DNA from: Sedimentisphaerales bacterium
GTDB lineage: Bacteria > Planctomycetota > Phycisphaerae > Sedimentisphaerales > SM23-30
Reading direction: 5' to 3' (one strand)
Assembly (NCBI GenBank): GCA_963666285.1
Contig: OY762711.1
DNA: 64,000 nucleotides
Below are positions 56,568-64,000 of the stretch, in pieces. Both the position numbers and the translations under genes were made by a program. The notes beneath the pieces are model-generated. The model was given only the letters and a program-made list of their open reading frames with translations, had not been told where the DNA came from and made no database searches. Position 1 is the first letter of the stretch. Each line of letters starts with the position of its first letter.

Positions 56568-58007
56568 ATGACAAGAATTAACACAAACGTATCGGCACTG
56601 ACCGCTCAAACTTTTTTGAATCGTTCTAACAATGAACTTAGTTCAACGTTACAGCGATTAAGTAGCGGTCTAAGAATTAACAGAGGAGCTGACGATCCTG
56701 CCGGACTTATCGTTTCTGAAAATCTGCGGTCTGAAATGAGCAGTATTGAAGAAGCGATCGGTAATTCTCAGCGTGCTTCAAATGTGATCGCCACCGCCGA
56801 AGGTGCGCTCGCGGAAGTAGCGGCTCTGTTGATTACTATTAAAGGACTTACTGTTGAAGCCGCTAATACCGGCGCGCTCAGTGATGAAGAGATCAGGGCT
56901 AACCAGCTACAGGTGGATTCTGCAATTGACAGTATCACCAGGATCGCTAATGCCACAACTTTCTCCGGTCTGCAGCTGCTCAACGGGAATATGGGCTATG
57001 TTACATCCGGTGTTTCCACCTCGGCTATTAAGTCGCTTGATATCTACAGCGCTCTTATCGGCGGACAGGACTATCTGCCGGTCAAGATCTCGGGTGTGCT
57101 CTCTGCACAACGTGGTGAACTCCAGTACAGGACCAGCTCGGTTTCCCAGTCTGTTACCCTTGAAGTTGCTTCCAACAGGGGAGTAGAAGTATTCAACTTC
57201 GTTAGCGGGTTCGAAAGTGTCAATATGGTATCTGCGATCAATGCGGTTACCGGAGCTACCGGCGTCTCTGCTACTTTTATCAACGATGCCAATAAGGCAT
57301 CTGGCCTGATATTCCGTAGTATCGATTATGGTACAGACTCGTTTGTCTCTGTACGTACACTGCCTAGCAGCTCCGGCACATTCACCGTTACCGACAGCGG
57401 CGGCACAACAAGGCAGCGTGATGAAGGTCGCGATGTTGTTGCTACTGTTAATGGTACTACCACTGTCGGAGATGGTACTATGATTACTCTCAACACCAGC
57501 GGGCTTGACCTCAGGTTAAAGCTCGATACCCAGTTCGGTAGCGGCAATACCACAAACTTTGCCATTACCGGCGGCGGGGCTACCTTCCAGCTCGGACCGC
57601 ATATCAATACCTCCGAACAGACCAGTATTGGTATCGGTTCTATTGCCGCCAGCAGTCTCGGCAGTGTCGAAAACGGGTTCCTCAACGAAGTTGCTACCGG
57701 TGGTTCTGCTTCGCTTGTTTCTGGTAATACCTCGGCTGCCGCTGAGATTGTCGAAGAGGCGATCTCGCAGATATCCGTTCTTCGCGGCCGGCTCGGTGCT
57801 TTCGAGAAAAACACTCTCGATACCAATATTAACTCTTTAAGTATCACGCTCCAGAATGTAACTGCCTCTGAATCTGCGATTCGTGATGCCGACTTCGCTG
57901 AAGAATCATCAGCGATGACTAGAAATCAGATCCTGGTTAACGCTGGTACCTCTGTTCTTGGTATCGCTAACCAGACTCCGCAGAACGTACTATCGTTGCT
58001 GCAATAA
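56568..58007 (+). CDS. fliC: Flagellin
   Basis: RINTNVSAL, RLSSGLRIN..ADDPAGL, IRDADFAEE and PQNVLSLL motifs. Confidence 0.96.
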   Translation: MTRINTNVSALTAQTFLNRSNNELSSTLQRLSSGLRINRGADDPAGLIVSENLRSEMSSIEEAIGNSQRASNVIATAEGALAEVAALLITIKGLTVEAANTGALSDEEIRANQLQVDSAIDSITRIANATTFSGLQLLNGNMGYVTSGVSTSAIKSLDIYSALIGGQDYLPVKISGVLSAQRGELQYRTSSVSQSVTLEVASNRGVEVFNFVSGFESVNMVSAINAVTGATGVSATFINDANKASGLIFRSIDYGTDSFVSVRTLPSSSGTFTVTDSGGTTRQRDEGRDVVATVNGTTTVGDGTMITLNTSGLDLRLKLDTQFGSGNTTNFAITGGGATFQLGPHINTSEQTSIGIGSIAASSLGSVENGFLNEVATGGSASLVSGNTSAAAEIVEEAISQISVLRGRLGAFEKNTLDTNINSLSITLQNVTASESAIRDADFAEESSAMTRNQILVNAGTSVLGIANQTPQNVLSLLQ

Positions 58008-58106
58008 AATTAAATACGCTTGGCTAGCGGGTAAGACTCTCACGTCCGGTCTCGTCCACCGGCTGTTAAAATTACAGATTACTCGCAATAGCTTCAACTC
58101 CGTGAC

Positions 58107-58141
58107 AAGGCACAACCCGTCCAGTTGTGCCTTTCTTTTTT
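58107..58141 (+). terminator. Flagellin intrinsic terminator
   Basis: AAGGCACAAC-7 nt loop-GTTGTGCCTT followed by TCTTTTTT. Confidence 0.8.
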
Positions 58142-58272
58142 ATCTACTTGTAAATAAAAGATTTGCGTTTATGGTTTTGTGTAACTCTGGAAACAACTCT
58201 GGAAAACCTCGTTTTAAGTTAAATTAGGGTTTATTTATTGTTTTGTACTTCTATTAAATTGGGGAAACTAAT

Positions 58273-59163
58273 ATGCAAACTAATGATGAAAAAAAAGTTG
58301 ATAGTAAGAGGTTTATAGGTTGGCTAAAAGAAGCTACTTCTAAAATTATGAAAGGCTATTTTCAATTACCAATTGATGGTTTGAAATATTCAATATTCAG
58401 AGAAAGAGTATATTGTTATGAATTGTATCATCAACTTCGTTGTTTGATGGAAGGCAAAACTACTTACTCACTTGGTGGTGAAGTTGACAAGGGCAAACAT
58501 CCCAAAATAGGACAAATAAAAGACATTAAAAATACTATCCCAGATTTACTCTTTCATGGTCCTGGCTACATGGAAAATAATCTGGTTATCGTTGAAGTGA
58601 AGCCACTGAAAAATGATTTGTCAACTCGATCTGTTTTAGAAGATATAAAGAAAATATCTATATATATAAACGAAGCTAATTATGTAAAAGGGGTTATGCT
58701 TTTATATGGGGATAATGAAGTGAAAGTTAATCAAGTAGCCAGTGATGCACCAAAAGAATTTGATACAAGTAATATTATTCTATTGTGGCATAAGAAAGTT
58801 GGTGTACAAGCACAAGTTGTTTCTTGGAAGGATAAGGACCAAAGCTCCGTACATAAGAGCTCAAGCTCCGTACATAAGAACACTGATTCCGATAATAATG
58901 AATATTATGAACAATTGATGAACATTGTAGCCCCAATATCTGGAAAAAAACGTGTAAAACCGGAAGAAATGATGGATGTCATTGTTAACCTATGTAAAAT
59001 CAAAGAGTTAACAACAAGAGAATTGGCAGGATTACTAGGTCGTACCCAAGAAACCGTCAGAATTCATTATGTGGCTAAATTATGCGAACAAGGAAGGTTG
59101 CAAAGAAAAATACCAAACATTAAAAATCATCCAGATCAGAGATATAAAGTGGGAAAGTTTTAA
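58273..59163 (+). CDS. Putative PD-(D/E)XK nuclease fused to a C-terminal winged HTH
   Basis: ERVYCYELYHQL, PDLLFH and IVEVK motifs; SSVHK tandem linker; C-terminal ELAGLLGR...P...NHPDQRY; AT-rich. Confidence 0.6.
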   Translation: MQTNDEKKVDSKRFIGWLKEATSKIMKGYFQLPIDGLKYSIFRERVYCYELYHQLRCLMEGKTTYSLGGEVDKGKHPKIGQIKDIKNTIPDLLFHGPGYMENNLVIVEVKPLKNDLSTRSVLEDIKKISIYINEANYVKGVMLLYGDNEVKVNQVASDAPKEFDTSNIILLWHKKVGVQAQVVSWKDKDQSSVHKSSSSVHKNTDSDNNEYYEQLMNIVAPISGKKRVKPEEMMDVIVNLCKIKELTTRELAGLLGRTQETVRIHYVAKLCEQGRLQRKIPNIKNHPDQRYKVGKF

Positions 59164-59167
59164 TTAA

Positions 59168-60730
59168 GGGAGTGTTCATTTGACTGTGTAAATGGTACTA
59201 TTGGTATTAGGCAGAATACACTTCTGTCTTGAATTTTACACATTTCTATATTAACTTGTATATTATCATTCTGAAGGACAAGGCACTGCTGAAGAGCAAC
59301 CTGAGCGCCAGAATGATGCCGAGACAAAAGGCTCTGGAAGAGTATACATTTTCCATGAGCCTTTTATTTTGTTTTGGCTGATAAGCGAAAAACTTATAAA
59401 AACAGCTCCGCCAAAGGCGGCACCTCTTTTATCTTTCAGGCATTCGATCGCCGAACTTGATAGCGAACTGGTTTATCGCCTGATTCCAGCATCTAATTGG
59501 CATTGTCCATTTTTGCGAGATATTTTCAAGAGCCAAATAGAATATCTTCAAAATTGAAGCTTCGGTTGGGAATGCTCCTTTAGTTTTGATAACTTTTCTC
59601 AGAGAACGATTCAGAGATTCAATTGCATTGGTGGTATAAATCGCTTTACGGATCTCTGGCGGATAATCAAAGAACGGTATGATGTTTTGCCAGTTATTAC
59701 GCCAGCTTTGGCTAACCATAGGGTACTTATCATCCCATTTTTGAGCAAATTCGTCCAGAGCCATTTCAGCTTCCTGCTCAGTGGCTGCGGTATAGATTAG
59801 CTTTAAATCAGAACATAGCTGTTTGCGATCTTTCCAGTTAACAAACCGCACTGAATTACGAACCATATGTACAATACATAACTGTACCTGGGTTTTAGGG
59901 AAAACGGCTTCTATAGCTTCTGGAAAGCCTTTTAAGCCATCTATGCAAGTGATGAATATATCTTTAACACCTCGATTTTGAAGCTCTGTAATGATATTAA
60001 GCCAGAATTTTGCTCCTTCAGTTTTAGCTATCCAGATACCCAATAATTCCTTCATGCCATCCATATTTACACCGAGAGCAAGATAAACTGACAAATTGGA
60101 TACTTTGCCGTCCTGGCGACATTTAACAACAATACAGTCAAGGAATACTATTGGATAAACTTCATCCAAAACTCGATTTTGCCAGGATTTAACTTCCTGC
60201 ATTATACTCTCGGTTGCCTGGCTGATAAGACCTTCAGAGACATCAACGTGATACATATCCAGAAGACATGCCTGAATGTCTCGAACACTCATGCCACGAC
60301 CATACATGGCTATAATCTTATCGTTAAAACCTTCGAAATACTTCTCGCCCTTGGGAATAAGCTTGGGTTCAAATGTGCTGTTGCGGTCACGGGGAGGATT
60401 AAGTTCAACTTCGTCAGAATCGATTACAACAGACTTTTTACCATTGCCATTACGACTATTGCCACTGTTATTGCCCTTAGGGTCATGCTTGCTGTAGCCC
60501 AGATGGTCGCTCATCTCTGCTTCTAAAGCTCGTTCAACTATTCGTTTTTTGAGCTCAGAAAATAAACCTGATTCTCCCCAAAACTCCTCCGGAGTATTGT
60601 AACCTCCTAGAAGCTCATCAATTAACTCATCTTTACGTTTGTCTTGTGCCGATCGTTTAGCCATAGTTCTTTACCTCACATTATAGGTTAACAAATCTAT
60701 GACCATTTACACAGTTTAATTTACACCCTC
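59168..60730 (-). mobile_element. IS256-family insertion sequence (1563 bp)
   Basis: 29 bp imperfect IRs ending ACTGTGTAAATGGT, 8 bp TTAATTAA target duplication, single transposase. Confidence 0.95.
59429..60664 (-). CDS. IS256 (Mutator-family) transposase
   Basis: PRDR.STFEP, YPIVFLD, DGLKGF, QLCIVH and YTTNAIES motifs. Confidence 0.96.
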   Translation of the reverse strand: MAKRSAQDKRKDELIDELLGGYNTPEEFWGESGLFSELKKRIVERALEAEMSDHLGYSKHDPKGNNSGNSRNGNGKKSVVIDSDEVELNPPRDRNSTFEPKLIPKGEKYFEGFNDKIIAMYGRGMSVRDIQACLLDMYHVDVSEGLISQATESIMQEVKSWQNRVLDEVYPIVFLDCIVVKCRQDGKVSNLSVYLALGVNMDGMKELLGIWIAKTEGAKFWLNIITELQNRGVKDIFITCIDGLKGFPEAIEAVFPKTQVQLCIVHMVRNSVRFVNWKDRKQLCSDLKLIYTAATEQEAEMALDEFAQKWDDKYPMVSQSWRNNWQNIIPFFDYPPEIRKAIYTTNAIESLNRSLRKVIKTKGAFPTEASILKIFYLALENISQKWTMPIRCWNQAINQFAIKFGDRMPER

Positions 60731-60953
60731 TTAATTAAATATACAACCCGTCTACTCGTGCCTTTCTTTTTTATTCTTTGTTTTTACTTATAAAGTATAA
60801 AGTATCGCTTTGTAAAATTGCATACAAATCAGCTTTACCAACATCGACTTGTCTCGCATCAGCTAGTAATAGATTAGAATTGCCGACATTTGAAATCCCA
60901 CCTCCCACCTCTAACTTATCTCCTCTAACTCTTCCCATCCTTCATCCTATCTC

Positions 60954-62498
60954 CTATTCCGCACCGACAAACTTCACATCTCTTACCAGCATAGCATTCT
61001 CAGAATTATTCGTTTTCATCCATCGCTTATTGCCATCCGTCAAATCCTCGCCTTCGATAGAAACATTATCAAATGTTACATCCTGGATATACTTGGTTGG
61101 CGTCCCTTCCTGAAACCATCCGTTTAGCAGTATCTCATTGGCAATTGAGCTGCCGCTGTTAGAAGGTGATGAAATATTCTTATACATCACATTACATATC
61201 CCCCCCTCGGTACTCTGGTCACCTTTGATCGAGCCAAACCAGAAACTGTCCTTAAACGTCAGGCAGATCAGCCGTTCGCAGCGATTAACCCGAATATTCT
61301 CAAAACGGATATCCTTAAAGAACGTACCCTCCAGGCATACAATTGTCATTACCGACCGCTCGTCCAATTCCATATGATGGTCCCGGTCGTCATAAGAGCA
61401 CAACACATCGATATTCCTGAAAGTAATATTGCTGTAATGAACCGCTCGCGTCTCCGCGCCCATACACATCGAATTATTACAATCGTTCCACAACTGCATG
61501 TTCTCAAATACCATATTCTCATTCGCCGGACATTCAGCCGGCTTTCCCGCTGCCAGTCCCTTTATCGAAATCGAATCGTCGCAGGAGCGGATAAATACAT
61601 TATCAAAATGAATCCCGTTCGAATTGATAATGTCAAACCCATCCGTACTCGCATAACCTGTCCCGACAATCTTGACATTCGATACCGAAAAATTTGATAC
61701 CGCATACATTGCCGCCGTCCAGTTTCGCCGCTTATGGTTATGAATCAATATTCCGTCGAGACTGACATTCTTACTGTAATTCGCACCTAGTACTACGTTG
61801 TTAGCCTCTGCCCTCATCAGCATCCCTCGCCCGAATACTCGCACCCCGTCTGCATTGGTAATATTCATCAGGCCGTGAACCACGGCACCGCCGGCAATAT
61901 ACACCTTTTGCTTGCCGGAAATTTCCAGCGGCTTATCCAGTTTATGATAGCCCGGCCCAAAATATACCAGCTCTTCTGATGCTGCCTCCGGTTTGTCTTT
62001 ATCAATTGTATTGGCAAAAATATGCAGCACCTCACCCTGGTAATCGTTATCAAACACAACCGTCAAAGCCTGCGGCTTGTTTATCTTTATACAAATCGTT
62101 TTACCATGGCGACTGGAAATGATATCATTATTTTTGGGTAAAATATCGTAATCGTCGAATCCTCTGGCATAATCAACCTCTATCTCAACCTCTCGCCCGG
62201 CCGCCATATCAAAATAGCCGAAACTCACAAGCTTGGACCAGGCGTTTATGTCATTATAAATTCCGGTATAATGGCCGCTTACCTTAACATTAAACAGCGG
62301 CTCACCCTCGAACGGAAACTCTGACGGGGCGGCATAGGTAATAAGTGAATCTGTTTTACTGGTTTCGCCTAACGCTCTCATCTCAAACTTTGTATGCGCT
62401 TTGACGCTCGCCGGTCCTGGCCTGCTTTCTTCAGCAGCCCGACACAAACACGTAACCAATAATAACAGTATGACGGCATATTGCAGTATCTTTATCAT
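60954..62498 (-). CDS. Secreted right-handed beta-helix glycoside hydrolase (GH28/GH49-like)
   Basis: Signal peptide; YFGPGYH, YIAGGAVVHG, STDGFD and DDSISIK motifs; repeated F.NI beta-helix pattern. Confidence 0.75.
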   Translation of the reverse strand: MIKILQYAVILLLLVTCLCRAAEESRPGPASVKAHTKFEMRALGETSKTDSLITYAAPSEFPFEGEPLFNVKVSGHYTGIYNDINAWSKLVSFGYFDMAAGREVEIEVDYARGFDDYDILPKNNDIISSRHGKTICIKINKPQALTVVFDNDYQGEVLHIFANTIDKDKPEAASEELVYFGPGYHKLDKPLEISGKQKVYIAGGAVVHGLMNITNADGVRVFGRGMLMRAEANNVVLGANYSKNVSLDGILIHNHKRRNWTAAMYAVSNFSVSNVKIVGTGYASTDGFDIINSNGIHFDNVFIRSCDDSISIKGLAAGKPAECPANENMVFENMQLWNDCNNSMCMGAETRAVHYSNITFRNIDVLCSYDDRDHHMELDERSVMTIVCLEGTFFKDIRFENIRVNRCERLICLTFKDSFWFGSIKGDQSTEGGICNVMYKNISSPSNSGSSIANEILLNGWFQEGTPTKYIQDVTFDNVSIEGEDLTDGNKRWMKTNNSENAMLVRDVKFVGAE

Positions 62499-62701
62499 AT
62501 AACCTTTGCCTTTCAAAATCGCATAATTCACCCCAAAGGGCCTTCCAGTTAATTCTCAAATTAAATATAGCGAGAGACGATAGCAGACGCCTTTATCAAC
62601 TATATCAGAAATATTACATAATCCGGGACTGTACGGTCAAGACAATTTTATTCTTCATCCGGTTCTTAAAAGTTTCGATATATATATTCTTATACCCCCG
62701 C

Positions 62702-63838
62702 TTTAAAATGCGGACACGTGCTTCTAATTTCTCCCTTCTCCCATAATTCATTAATTTCACTTCCTTCATGGTCAAATAATAATATTCTTCGCGATCTTTG
62801 CGTCCTCTGCGAGCAACAGTATTTTTTTTCGTGTTCTTTCGTGAATTTTGTGGTTGACAATCTTTTTCATAATTCAGCATTCATAATTCATAATTTAAAA
62901 CTCCTCCCTCCTCGCTTCTCCCTTCTTCCTCTTCCCATCCTTCAGGTGCCGCAATTTTGATTGAACTTTACCTACGCGTCAGCTTTAAAACAAGTTGTGA
63001 GCAATAGCGAATTATTCCTGATGTCAACGTACATCAGGGCACCTATTTTACACTTTTTATTTTACCCTTTACACTTTGATGTCGCACAGCGACATCTGGT
63101 CCGTCCACAATCAAAAAATAACAACTTACATCAATCCCCGCAAAATTCCCTTCCCGCCGCACTATCTCCGCAAGCCACCATGCATTCGTTCTTATATCCC
63201 CGCACTCTTCTATTTCATTCCGTTTTTTAACCCATCTTTCACCCCACCATTATCATTTATAAATCAATTAGCCTCGCCGAACCCGTTTAAAATAGGTCGC
63301 GTAGCGATACACCAACTCTTACCTTTTACCTCATACCTCTTACCTATGTTCGCGTTCCCGTCCGTATACCGCCGCACCCATTCAACGTTCCTCCGTATAC
63401 TGCCCGCGGCCCGCAATTCGCCGCCGTTCAAATCCGTTACCCTTTTCACCGCCGTCCACCCGCCGCGCTGCCCCGTTACCTTTCCGCACACCTACCGTTA
63501 CCCATTAATTAGTCGTCGCGAAGCGACACCGCAATTCTTCACTCATCGTTCTTCGTTCTTCACTTGATTTTTTCAAAGAAAAAATCACCGCGTTTTTACA
63601 TCCACCAAATCGCGAAAATCTAAAATCTTCAAAATTATTATCCCCCTTACTCCCAACACCTTACAAACTTCCACACCAACCATCCCGCCCAAAAAATCAG
63701 CGCACTTTTGACATACCATCCAACAGTAGAGAGCTAACAAAAAAATGAGTACCAGCAAAAATCAGCTCTCTATAAAACATAACAACGACGAAAACTTCGT
63801 CTTTTACATAAATTTTGCTCTTTGAAAAACTGAATATT
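62702..63838 (+). repeat. Large non-coding mosaic element, copy B (uninterrupted)
   Basis: Colinear with 7365-7561 plus 8977-10176; 63676-63838 differs from 10015-10176 at about 10 positions. Confidence 0.9.
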
Positions 63839-64000
63839 TGTATCACGCCTCGGCAAATCATTCTGATTTGCCCTCTGGAATTGACAATCTCAATTCGTCG
63901 CCGAGCGAAGCGAGGTCTGTTCCAAGCTTTGCTTGGTCTCCGAAGTAGCTCGCCTGCTGAGACCCGGTTTTATTGGACCATGCTGTGTGTCGCAGGTAAA

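Noticed and set aside
60886..60955. Third full copy of the large element
   Set aside because: Only the short CTAACTCTTCCCATCCTTCA / heptamer-like segment matches; the conserved blocks are absent.
63708..63736. Sigma-70 promoter from TTGACA in copy B
   Set aside because: No TATAAT-like -10 at 16-18 nt spacing, and copy A reads TCGACA.
63676..64000. Start of an rRNA operon after the boxA-like motif
   Set aside because: No 16S, 23S, 5S or tRNA sequence recognised in the remaining 160 nt, and copy A leads into a convergent gene; sequence beyond the window is unseen.

Overview
Bacterial chromosomal segment, most likely from a Planctomycetota (Phycisphaerae-like) organism. That assignment is an inference from PEP-CTERM proteins, tandem prepilin/DUF1559 H-X9-DG proteins, a bacterial topoisomerase VI B subunit and the flagellar gene style. 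Most of the window is housekeeping and signalling: rlmN (5'-truncated), gatCAB, argBDF, purD, tmk, nadD, YfiR/hybrid kinase/GGDEF genes, transporters, and a flgF-G-A-H-I-J-N-K-L-fliW-csrA-flagellin cluster. Two intact IS elements have clear ends: an IS3-family element (7562-8973, CCA duplication) and an IS256-family element (59168-60730, TTAATTAA duplication). The most unusual signal is non-coding. A ~1.1-1.4 kb mosaic element occurs twice in the same orientation (7365-10176, split by the IS3, and 62702-63838). It is built from conserved blocks, exchangeable 'hairpin-ACC-heptamer repeat' micro-modules and a terminal boxB/boxA-like signal, and copy A has no rRNA or other gene to serve. The same micro-module architecture, conserved in shape rather than sequence, recurs in at least seven short intergenic gaps between housekeeping genes. 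No CRISPR array, rRNA, tRNA, integrase or reverse transcriptase was recognised. All alignments were done by eye.
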